Shown here piece by piece: positions 45,380 through 61,664 of a stretch of DNA of 64,000 nt (position 1 is its first letter; each line of letters starts with the position of its first letter). Source of the stretch: Piromyces finnis finn. Lineage: Eukaryota; Fungi; Neocallimastigomycota. The notes beneath the pieces are model-generated. The model made no database searches. It saw only the letters and a list, made by a program, of their open reading frames with translations, and was not told the origin of the DNA. The stretch is from contig MCFH01000009.1 in NCBI GenBank assembly GCA_002104945.1, positions 1 to 64,000 on the forward strand, written 5' to 3'. The position numbers and the translations under genes were made by a program.

Positions 45380-47198
45380 TTAGCAAGAACTCTTGATGAT
45401 GCACCTAATTTTTTTAAATACGTTTTAATTTATATATTAATAACACTAAATTAATAGTAATTTAAAATATATATTAATTTTTATTAAAAAAAAAACTTAC
45501 CAATTATTATTTTCAACACCCCACTTAAGACCATCAGATTGGTCAACAACATTACATCCATTACAGCATTCGTATTCAGATGTTGGGCAATTTGGATCTT
45601 CGGTGGCATTTGAGTTTGAAGAACAAGTATCAGAAATAGCACACCATTCATTATTGGCAATACCCCATTTACCTGTTTCATCAGTGTAAACTACATTACA
45701 ATCCTTACAGCATGGGTAACCAGAAGTAGTGCATGAATCAACTGAAGTTGAAGACTTGCATGAAGTTGGGATACCTATTATTTGCAATAAAATTTTTAAT
45801 ATTTTTTTTTAATTACAAATAAATATATTTTTTTATATTATACATTTTAATTATTATCCACACTTACCACACCAGTCACTTTCATAACCCCAATCACCAT
45901 CACTATCAGTATAAGAAACATCACAACCCTTACAGCATTTGTAACTACATTAAATAAATTTCATTAAAATTAGCAAATTAATATAATTTAATAATATATA
46001 GCAAGAAAATTTATTTACTCAATCATCTTAAATATTATCATTACCCTAATTTAGTTGACCAGCAAGAATCTGTAGTAGATCCACTAGATTTAGTGGTGGT
46101 AGTGGTAGTGGTAGTTTTAGTGCTAGAACTAGAGCTAGAACCATCAAGCCATGGGAAATCAGTTGGCTTAACTCTGGCACCTTCACTTGGTGGAGCACCT
46201 TCTGGACTCTTTGGACTACCACACATAGTTTTCTTATTTTCAAGAAGACCTGGGTTAACTGGACAACAACCCCAGTATGGAGTCTACATAATATTAAAAA
46301 ATAATATATATATTTATTTTATTATACTATTATAATCAACTATTAAAAAAAAAGTTAATGTTTAATAAAAACTTTAAACTTACATTAGTACCAGAGAATG
46401 ATTTAACATCATCTGACCAACCTGGCCATTCTTCACAAGAAACTAATTCAAAGTTAGCTTGCATGTGACCACCTTGGAACCAGTCTCTTAATTTACCACC
46501 CCAACTATCAATGTTAACCTTTTAATAATAAAATAAATTTTAAATTATTAATATTATAAATATATTATAAATATAAAAGGAATGATAATTAATCTATTTA
46601 TTATATAATAGTTTCTATTATAGCATACATCAAAGTGATTTGCAAAACCATGATCGTTTAAGCCACCTTCTGGACCTGGACACCATTCCATATTAGATTG
46701 ATGTGGACATTCATCTTTTATATACATATTATTTAGTTTTATATAATTTATGATTATTATTTAATAATATTATCATCTAAATATTTTAAATTACCAGTAA
46801 CTCTGAAAACAATTGGTTCTGGAATTGGAGAAAGAGGTTTACCATCAGCAGTAGCAAATGGGGATAAACGATAACCTTTTCATATTAATTAATTTTATTT
46901 AATATATAATCAATTATATTACTATAATTTAAAAAAAAAAAAAAAGAATAGAAAAAAAATATTTACATAAACCACAAGCTGGACCACTACCAAAGTGGTC
47001 AAAAGCACCATAAGCAACTTCAGCTAAAGCAACAGTAGGACCTACAACCATAGCATTTGGAACACAATTACAAGCTAAATTTTCGTGAGAGTAATCAGTA
47101 TACCAAGTCATACTAGCAATACCTTCCTTAGCCCATGTCCAAGCAAGAGCTGAGGAGAAAAGAGAAGAAGTTGCAACAAGAATTGATTCTAAACGCAT
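45380..47198 (-). CDS. Secreted double-psi beta-barrel (GH45/expansin-like) endoglucanase with Ser/Thr linker and three fungal dockerins (8 exons)
   Basis: Spliced reading: signal peptide, [24 protein letters not shown]...GSGPACGL|CYRL, IVFRVT|[23 protein letters not shown]|VNIDSWGG...[24 protein letters not shown], a T/S linker and three CC-x-C...WG-x-E...WC repeats. There are seven phase-consistent GT-AG introns. Confidence 0.88.
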
Positions 47199-47480
47199 TT
47201 TTTATACTATTCAAAATAAAATTATATAGAATCATTTTAAATTAATTCTCAATAAGATTTTTATTTTATTTTAATACTTTTATTATAAACTTCTTAAAAA
47301 AAAAAAAAATTGAGTTTTGAGTTCTGAGTAGATTCATTTGTATTTTTTGTAACTATATTTTATAGATTATCATATCTACTCATGATTCTTAAAATAAATC
47401 CAATTAAATTTTATTAATTTCTTAATTATTTAAAAACATTAAATATAATTTATAGCATAATCTTAATTTACTAATAATTA

Positions 47481-47556
47481 TCCTGATTTTATATATATAT
47501 TTATATATTTATAAAAATCTTTTTTCTCTTCCTTGACAATTCCTGATTTTATATAT
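47481..47556 (-). promoter_or_regulatory. Duplicated 16-bp TATA-containing element upstream of the GH45-type gene
   Basis: TCCTGATTTTATATAT occurs at 47481 and 47541 (60-bp spacing). It reads ATATATAAAATCAGGA on the gene strand, about 280 and 340 bp before the ATG at 47198. Function is inferred. Confidence 0.35.
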
Positions 47557-50500
47557 TACAAATTTTATTTGGAAATAACTTTTTTACTTTTTTTTTTTTT
47601 TTTTTTGCTCCCTTTTTTCAAATTATAAATTTAAATCAAAATTATTTTATGGAATATTCAATTCAAAATTTCATAATTTTATACTTAAATTTTGATTTAT
47701 ATTAATATTTTTTTAAAAAAAAAAATGTTTGAATATATTTTTAATTTTCTTTAACATTTCCTTCTTTCTTTACTTTCTTATTTAAATTTATTTTATTTTA
47801 CTTTTATGTAAATCACTACTTTGCGCTTTGATTATTTTTAGTAATTAAATAATATTTTAGAAATTTTCTTGACATTCATTTTTTATAGTATTTTTAAACA
47901 AACTTTTTAATTTTATTTGAATAAAACATTTCATAATATTTACATTTGTTTAAATTGTTTTATTTGTTTAGTAATTGGGTTTCCTGAACTCCAAATTTAT
48001 TTTTATTTTTTGATTAAAATTATTAAAAAAAAAATAATAAAATAATTTAATTTTTTTCTTTCCCTTAAAGTTTATTTACAAAAAAATATACAGAAAAATT
48101 AACATATAATATGGTAAATAATAATAATAAATTTTAAAAATTATAATAAAAAAATTGAATAAAATACAATATCTAATATATTAAAATAGGTTGTAAAATT
48201 TTGTGATTTAAAATTATATATATTATATTTATTTATTATTAGTATTATTAAATAGTAAAAATAATGAATAATAAATACAAACAATATATAATTATGACAA
48301 TAATAATAATGTGGAATTAATCAATATAAAAATTTTATTTTTTATTATTTATTAAAGTCTAACATTAATTATGACTCTTTTCCTTTTTTATAATAATATT
48401 AATTTATTTAATGAATATTATATATAACAATATAATATGTACTATATGTGCTATATTATTTTATATTTATACTATTCATCTTTGTTTTTATTTAATATAA
48501 ATTTTTAATTTATAATAATTGAATTTTTATTAATTTTAAATTATTTTTATTAAATAATAAAGTTTGGAAAAAAGATGGTTAATAAATTTAAGTTGCTCAC
48601 CACCACAATTGAACTTATAAATTAATTTTACCTGAATACAATGAATACAATGCATTAATATAATGAATAAAGTTAATAAATATCCCAGTGGTTAACAACT
48701 ATCATTACATATAAAGAAAAATAATAAGATTTATAAGACCTTTTATTAAACAATATAAAGTATGTATTAAATAATGTTAATTTATATAAATATTAATGGA
48801 TTTACATTAAATATATTTTACATAAACATATGTTTATAAAATATCATGTGAAAATAGTATATGATATACAAAACGTAATATTTTTTGTATTTTCGTACTA
48901 TACATTATGATACAAAAATTAATTGTAAAAGGTTATGTTATGAAATTACAATAATATTGATAACTTATTCTACTATAATTTTATTTTTTTCTAAATGAAA
49001 CTATAACAATTTTCATAAATGTTAATTATTTTACTTTGATGTATTTTCTTCAAAAAATCTTGCTAAAATTAAAACTAACATAAAATTATCATTTTGAATA
49101 AATATCAATTTCATTACAGGTATAATTTGAATTTAAAAAAAAACTTTTCTACTCTTCATTCTATATTCCTTAGTTTTTTTTTATTTATTTTAAAATTTAA
49201 ATTACAAAAAGGATAAAAAGAATTTGTCTAATATTTTCTTATCGTTGTTACTTGTATAAATATTTTAATTTAACTTCTTAAGAATTACAAATATATAAAT
49301 ACAAATTAATAATTTTAAATTTAACATTTATTTTTTTTATATTCTTGAAAGCTTAAAAGCCTATATATATTATAATAATATGATAACACTTTAAATGTTA
49401 ATATTTAATTATAAAGAATTAATGATAAATACTTTTATTTAAGAGTATTTATATAAACCCCTTTTGTTTTTTACTCTAAATCATTATTAACTTTTAAGAT
49501 TAAGAAAAAAAAACTATAAAAAAATAATAAATTATTAAATATCTAAAATTAATTTTTTTATTAATAAAATTTTTTCTAATTATTATAACAATATATTAAT
49601 TAAATCATAACTAGAAATATATAAATTGTGATTTTTATTTATAATTGTCAGTGAACCAACAATATAATAATTAAATATTAACCCACTTTCTTATAAACTA
49701 ATAGGAAAGATAGAAAAGGATTTATAAAAAATTTAAGTAAAAAAAGGTTATATTAAAATTAAAACTTTTATTATATTAAATAGGAATTATTCGATCTAAT
49801 TAATAATAATGACTAATTAAAAATGAAAAAATTAATTTTTTTTTAAAAAAATCCTTTATCCAATTAAAATAACTGAATTTAAATGAATGTGTAATAATGA
49901 TAAAACTTTATAAAAATGACAAATAATTTACTAAAATTATATCTATAAAATGGTAATATTATAATTATAGTTTAATAAAATATATATATATTTATACTAA
50001 TATGTAAATTAAAATAATTAAAAAAGATATAATGAATTTCTTGATAATAAATAAAAAATTAATGGCAATAAATCAAATTTCTAAAGGCTTAATTCTTGTG
50101 AAGGGTAAATTTTATTCTTTTTTCGTTTAGAGTTTTAATCAATTTAAAATGTTTTGGGTTAAAATATATTAGAGAATAATATATTAAAAGATTTTCGTTA
50201 TCACATTATTTTAATATAAAATTTTATTAATCTTTTTTCAAAATATTTTCCTTAAATTAAAAAATGAATAGAAGGAACAAAAAAACTTTAATAAATAGAA
50301 AAACTAAATTATATAATAAAGTTATATATTATATACATATTTAATATATATGACAAAAGTTAAATACATAATATTTTTTAACAATAAGAATTGAATGAAA
50401 GTAATTTATATAAAATACCTATTACTATATAAGATATTGTGCTACATTAAAAATATATAATATAATAGCCGCATAACTATAATTTATAAAAAAAAAAAAA

Positions 50501-51074
50501 AGTTTCTAGCTTTTAATTTCCATTACTTATTTATTAATTAATGATATTTATTTATTAAAAATTATTTTTTTAAATTTGTTTTTATTCTTTAAACTTTTAA
50601 GGAAAAAATAATAATAAAAAAAAGTTAAAATCAATAATAAAATAAAAAAACATGAATTTAACTAAAAAAGGTTTTCTTTTATAAATTGTTTAATACATTT
50701 GAGATCAAATATATACTTTTAATATAAAAAACTAAACAAATAAATTTATAATAAAACTATTTATGAATTTATGGAAGTTTTAAGTAATACTATTAAATTT
50801 AATAGCTAAATTAATTAAAACTTTGATATATAAATAGTAATACTTTATGATTATTTTGAATATGAATAAAACTATTATAAATAATATTATTTAATATAAA
50901 AATGATTAATTATTAAGTTTTTAATAAAAAAATCAATTGATAAAGTTGTATAGAAATTAATTACCATTTTTATTTTTTTTTTAATTTATAATTGACTCAT
51001 TTTGTGAGACAATAATATATTATATACTTTATTTGTATTAAAAAAAAAGGATTAAATTTAGAAAAAAAAATATA

Positions 51075-51082
51075 TATATAAA
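51075..51082 (+). promoter_or_regulatory. Candidate TATA box of the xylanase gene
   Basis: TATATAAA lies about 200 bp upstream of ATG 51280, followed by a GC-richer patch. The motif is common in AT-rich DNA, so support is weak. Confidence 0.3.
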
Positions 51083-51279
51083 GTCTTAGAGTTTCCTCAT
51101 TTTTAGAATTATCAATAAGTATTATTTTTTAATTTAAAAAAATAATAATTGTATATATTTAAATAAACCTTTAATAATTTATAAACTATTTATTTTTCAC
51201 TGGTTGAAAATAATTTATATATTACAAAACAAATATTAAAGAATAATATACAAATAAAAAATAAAATAATTAAATAAAA

Positions 51280-53418
51280 ATGAAATTTATTGAGCTTATT
51301 TCAATTGCTTTAGCAACTACTAGCGTTTATGCTCAAAGTTTTTGTAGTTCTGCTTCACACTCTGGTCAAAGTGTAAAGGAAACTAGTAACAAGGTCGGAT
51401 CCATTGGTGGTGTTGGTTACGAATTATGGGCTGATAGTGGTAATAACAGTGCTACTTTCTATTCTGATGGTTCTTTCTCTTGTTCTTTTAATAATGCTAA
51501 GGATTATTTATGTCGTTCTGGTCTTTCTTTTGATAGTACTAAGACCCACTCTCAAATTGGTCACATATACGCTGACTTCAAACTTGTAAAACAAAACATT
51601 CGTAATGTAGATTATTCATATGTTGGTATTTATGGTTGGACTAGAAACCCACTTGTTGAATTCTACGTTGTTGATAACTGGCTTAGTCAATATCGTCCAG
51701 GTGATTGGGTTGGTAATAAGAAACACGGTGATTTCACTATTGATGGTGCTAAATATACAGTTTATGAAAACACTCGTTATGGTCCAAGTATTGATGGTAA
51801 TACTCAATTTAAACAATACTTCAGTATTCGTCAACAAGCTCGTGATTGTGGTACTATTGATATTACTGCCCATTTCCAACAATGGGAAAAACTTGGTATG
51901 ACCATGGGTAAAATGCACGAAGCAAAGGTTTTAGGTGAAGCCGGTAGTAATGGATCTGGTACTAGTGGTACTGCTGATTTCCCATATGCCAAGGTTTACA
52001 TTGGTAATGGTAATGGTAACACTAATACTAACACTAACAATAACAACAACAATAATAATAACAACAACAATAATCAATGGGGCAATAATCCATGGGGTAA
52101 CAACCAATGGGGTAATAACCAATGGGGTAACACTGGTAACACTAACACCAACACTAACACCGGTAACGGTAAATTCGAACTTCTTAAGGACTATGCTAAA
52201 GACTTTAGAATTGGTGTTGCTGCTAACACAATGAGATTCAATAATCAAGCTTACAATGAAGCCTTAAAGGCTTTCAACTACATGGTTGCTGAAAATGGTT
52301 GTAAGTTATCTGGTATTCAACAAAGACAAGGTAACTACGATTTTAGTGATTGTGATAATCACTATAAGAAGGCTAAGGAATTAGGTATGGCTTTCCGTGG
52401 TCATGCTCTTATCTGGCACGCATACATGCCATCTTGGTTTGAAAATGCTAATGCTTCAACCTTAAAGAATGCCATTGTTGAACATGTTACCAAGGTTCTT
52501 CAACACTACGAAGGTAAAATTGATACTTGGGATGTTGTCAATGAAGCTATTGATGACAGTTCAAATGGTAACGGTTGGAAGATGCGTAACTCCTTCCTTT
52601 ATCAAAAGGTTCCAAACTTTGTTGATCTTGCTTTTGAAACTGCCCGTAAGGTTTCTCCAAATACTAAGCTCTTCTACAACGATTACAATACTGAAGGTAT
52701 TTACGGAAAAACTGAATCCGTTTTCCAATTCGTTAAGGACATGAAATCTCGTGGTATTCCAATTGATGGTGTTGGTATTCAATATCACGTTTCTGTTGAC
52801 AGTCAACCACAATACAACAAGATTGATGATTTAATTTCTCGTTACTGTGGTCTTGGTCTTGAAGTTCACATTACTGAACTTGATGTTAAGTGTGGTAGCC
52901 AATGTTCTTCATCTAATGTTGAATCCAAGCAAGCTACTGTCTTTACTAATGCTTTAAAGGCTTGTCTTAACAATTCTTGTTGTACTGGTTATCTTGTTTG
53001 GGGTGTTGGTGATAGCGATAGTTGGTTAGGTGCTAACGAAAAGGGTTTACTTTTCAACAGTAACTACCAACCAAAATCTCAATACACAGCTGTTCTTAAT
53101 GTCTTAAAGGAAACCAAGCCAAAGGCTACTACCACTACCAAAACTTCTCAACCAACCACTTCTGCCGGAAAGTGTTCTTCTAAGATTACTAGCCAAGGTT
53201 ACAAGTGCTGTGCTAGCAATTGTGACGTGGTTTACGTTGATAATGATGGTAACTGGGGTGTTGAAAACGATGAATGGTGTGGATGTGGAACTGAAGCTAA
53301 CGTTTGTGTTGGTCCAAAGGGTTACAAATGCTGTAAGACTACCTCCCAAGTTTATGAAGTTGATTCTGACGGTAAATGGGGTATTGAAAACAATGATTGG
53401 TGTTTCATTAAAAATTAA
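51280..53418 (+). CDS. Intronless bifunctional endo-xylanase: signal peptide, GH11, Asn/Gly/Trp linker, GH10, Thr linker, two fungal dockerins
   Basis: GH11: YVGIYGWTRNPLVEFYVVDNW...FKQYFSIRQ...HEAKVLGEAG, with both catalytic Glu present. GH10: AENGCK, FRGHALIWH, WDVVNEA, LFYNDYN, IDGVGIQYH and HITELD, with both catalytic Glu present. Two C-terminal dockerins. Confidence 0.96.
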   Translation: MKFIELISIALATTSVYAQSFCSSASHSGQSVKETSNKVGSIGGVGYELWADSGNNSATFYSDGSFSCSFNNAKDYLCRSGLSFDSTKTHSQIGHIYADFKLVKQNIRNVDYSYVGIYGWTRNPLVEFYVVDNWLSQYRPGDWVGNKKHGDFTIDGAKYTVYENTRYGPSIDGNTQFKQYFSIRQQARDCGTIDITAHFQQWEKLGMTMGKMHEAKVLGEAGSNGSGTSGTADFPYAKVYIGNGNGNTNTNTNNNNNNNNNNNNNQWGNNPWGNNQWGNNQWGNTGNTNTNTNTGNGKFELLKDYAKDFRIGVAANTMRFNNQAYNEALKAFNYMVAENGCKLSGIQQRQGNYDFSDCDNHYKKAKELGMAFRGHALIWHAYMPSWFENANASTLKNAIVEHVTKVLQHYEGKIDTWDVVNEAIDDSSNGNGWKMRNSFLYQKVPNFVDLAFETARKVSPNTKLFYNDYNTEGIYGKTESVFQFVKDMKSRGIPIDGVGIQYHVSVDSQPQYNKIDDLISRYCGLGLEVHITELDVKCGSQCSSSNVESKQATVFTNALKACLNNSCCTGYLVWGVGDSDSWLGANEKGLLFNSNYQPKSQYTAVLNVLKETKPKATTTTKTSQPTTSAGKCSSKITSQGYKCCASNCDVVYVDNDGNWGVENDEWCGCGTEANVCVGPKGYKCCKTTSQVYEVDSDGKWGIENNDWCFIKN

Positions 53419-56400
53419 TGACATATAAACCCTTGATTATTTTATTTTTTTTTATTTATCGCATTATGACAAATTTAAAGTACGTATTTTTATAAATGTT
53501 ATACCTTATTTTAATTTTTTTTACCTATCTTTAAAAATTTATCAATTTGGTATAAACAACCATTATATACAATTATAATTTTTTATATTTATTATTAAAT
53601 ATATAGAATATATTAGTTTAGTATGTAATATATATTTTTTAATATATGAAATAAAAATTAAAACTTAATTTATACAAAAAAAAAGTTAAATATTATGTAT
53701 ATATAAATTATTTATATTTTTTAGCTAGCTGTAAATATAATCAACACAATTTCTAAATCAACTTATATTTGTTTTGTAATAAGAAAATTAAAAAAAAAAA
53801 AAAAAAGTTTTAAATTATTAAAATGGGCCAAAGTAATTTAATTTGTCAAAATGCGGTAAATTAGAATTAAAACTTGAAGTTAAAATAGTAATAATTCAAT
53901 ACTCCGAGATGATAATGTTTCAAATTTTTTAAACTCGGTTACAAAAATAAATTAAATTTACAAAAATCATTTGTAAAAAAAAAAAAAAAACAATGAAATA
54001 AAAATAAATAAAAATTTTGTAAAAATAAAATAATTAAATGTAAAGTTTATTAAAGAAAAAATATATAAAACTTTTATAATAGCTAACATAAATTTATAAT
54101 TTTTATTGTATAATAAGGTTGTTGTAAAATTTATTTTATTAAATTATATAATTTTGAAAGAGAATAAAATAAAAAAAAAAAAAAATTAAAAAGTACATAA
54201 ATTCATATTATTATTATTAAAGTTGAAAGAATGTCGTATGGAATAATTGGCATACTTAATATCCCGACACATTTTTAAAAATTTCCGGATTCTATCTCAT
54301 TTAAAATTAATGCTTATATTAAAAAGATATTCAAACTAATATTATGAAAATAGAAAACCTTATATTTTAATTTACTTTAAATTATTCATTTTAAAAAAGA
54401 AAAAATCTTTTGTCTTAACTAAAAGAATAGATAGATTGACATATTTTAACCTTACCTGTTTATTTTTGCATTTATTATACAATTATAGGACAAAAAAAAA
54501 GAGGGGAAACTAATAAGTTTAAAATTCTATAAAAATAATAATTTATATTAAAATTGTATCTTTGTAATAAATAAATAAAAAAAAGTAATATTATCGGTCA
54601 GAAAAAACATTATATAAATATTCTAAGTTGATTCACATTTACATATTATTCTTGTAATTAATAGTATTAATCCTTCTATTAATATAGAACAATATATTCT
54701 TTAAGGAATTTTATTTTATATATATATAGCTAATTACATAATGTGATTGGGAAATTTTCCCACTTTATAATTTCTTCTTGTGGACCAGTGGTAATCAATC
54801 CTCAAACATTGAGATTATATTCTTGTAAGTTTTAAAATGATAAATCTTTTTGTAATCTAGTTCATTCATTATCCATATCTATATTAGGATAAATTCTAGT
54901 TCAATGTTTTCTAGATTTTTTTTAGAATATTTAAATAAATAAAGATTTACAAATTTTTGCTATTATTGTTATCAATATTATTAATTTTCTATATAACATT
55001 ATAAATATATTATAACAATTGGTTTTAAGAAGTAAAAAGATAAAAAAATACATTTCTAGTAAATGTTAAACATTAATGTCATTTTATAATAGAAAAATTA
55101 TTATTATTTACATGATATTATCTTTAAAAAAATAGATTACAAATTTTTCTATGTTATAAATTTAATGCATACCTTGATTTTATTAATAGATTTATTTAAC
55201 ATTAACTACACATATTAATTTATAAATTTTATAAATAAAAATAAGTAAGATTTTTTATTTAAGAATGTCTAGGCTAAAATTCAGTATAACAGACCAAAAG
55301 GGTCATCACTGATTAGCAACAGGAAATCGTCAACATCTCTTTTCTTTAAGAACCATTATTACAATTACTCTACTAGATAAAAGAGATGAACTCGATAGTA
55401 AAAAAAAAATATAGGTTACTGATAAATAAAATTTTAAAAATATAAAACAACTTTTGAAAAGAATGTATAGTAATTATAATGAGTAAAGACAAATTGTTAA
55501 TATTTAATATTTATTTTATTATAATATAGTATAAAAAAATTTTATATTTATTAAATATAGGCATATTTTGTGCTTCTGTAATCATCCATAAAATTCCACC
55601 ACAATAATATTTATTTGTGATTAAAAATCGTGAAATTCTAACCCTTGCTATAAGATTTATATATAAATAGAATACTAAAGAAATTTTTTTAATGTGTTGT
55701 AAACGTAATGTCTACGTGTTTAAAGGATAGCTATTTTTTTATTTATCTAATGATCACATGATTCATACACATTATATAACAGTAATATTTAAAACGTAAC
55801 TTTTTCCCCTCCTTGTTATCCTTGTTAATAAAATGATTAGTAATTAAATTTATTTCACAATTTTAGTATATATTTGTTATTATTAATTAAATGAAACTAT
55901 AATTTTTTTATTAATAATTCTATTTAATTAGAACTATAAAGAATGTGACTTTTACTAAAAATACTAAAACTATTTTACCTGTAACATAATAACATGGTTA
56001 ATTATGTCTTTGTTAAAACCCTTTTTTTTTTTTTATCTTAACATAAATTATTATAATATTATTTTTATTTATATTTATAAAATAATAATCTTTTAAATAT
56101 ATATTGTTATTATTAATCTTATTAGTGATTAACTTTAAGTGGTATGATAATGATGGAAAACAGAAAAATCTTTATAATTTAGATAAATAAATAATTTTAT
56201 ATTTAATAGGAATTACTATATAATAACTATGTTATTAAATTCCATCAATTATTTCTTTTTTATTCTGTATATTTATTAATAGTATTTTACTTTTTACTTT
56301 TATTACATTAAAATTATCTTTTTTTTTTTTTTTTTTATTTTGAGACTTTGTATTATTATTTAGTTTTTAATTTTGTCCTTTATAATACGGGAGTTTTTGA

Positions 56401-57361
56401 AAATCTTAAAGTTATAATATATTATATTATATGCATTTTATTATTAATAAATTAAATCAGTGTATTAAACATCAAATAAAAAAACAACAAAAAAAAAAAA
56501 AAACAACATTTAATTTAAAAAATATATTAAAATTTTAATTTTCATATATAAATATAAATATAAATATTTATTTTAATATTTAAATTTCTACTATTTCATT
56601 TTATTACACAAAAAAAGTAACAGTTAATAATTTTTATTTTGAAAGAGATTGTTTTAATTTTAAATAGCTATATTTAAATTAAATAATAGTATTATAAAAA
56701 ACTAAAAGTAAAAAAAGTTATACTATTAGTAAATTTAATTTAAAATATATTATGTATAAAAACAAAAACCAAAATAAAATTTATTAAGTAATAATAGCAA
56801 ATATTCTCTTTTTATTTAAAATAAAACAACAAAAACAAAGCAAAAATAAAAACAAAGCTAACTAAAAATAATAAAAAAAAAACACTATTTATTCTATTTT
56901 ATTTTTTTTTAACAAAATTTAATTTAATTTATTTATTGATTTTTTTTTAAAAAAGAATTAAGTTTAATAAATAATATAGTAAATATTTATTTTACCAATT
57001 TATTATAGAATTACATATTATTTATTATTTTTTTTTTTCAAAGAAACCAAGAAAACAAAATAAAAATAGTATAAAGTAAAAAGAAAGTAATAATATATTA
57101 ATAAAAACATAAAATAATAATAATACTAATAAAAAAAAATAGAAATATTTTTTATTTTATTTTATTCAAATAATTGTAATAAAATAAGTAATTGAAAAGT
57201 ATTTTTTTTTTGTAAAAAACAAAACAAAACAAAAACACAAATAAAGTAGGTATTCTTAAATATTAGAAATAGCTTATAATAAATAAATATTTTATTAAAA
57301 TTATATTAATATATTTATTTAATAACAATTTTATATATACTTTTAAAGAATATATAACAAT

Positions 57362-61664
<4,303 letters not shown>

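Noticed and set aside
50992-51011. TGACTCA (AP-1/Gcn4-like) with imperfect inverted partner TGAGACA upstream of the xylanase
   Set aside because: A single 7-mer; it cannot be distinguished from chance without conservation data.
51404-53428. Several overlapping short ORFs across the xylanase
   Set aside because: By-products of biased codon usage in the GC-richer true CDS.
55560-55650. FMDD on the minus strand, resembling a reverse-transcriptase YxDD motif
   Set aside because: The frame is closed by stops a few codons upstream and no other RT motif is recognisable.
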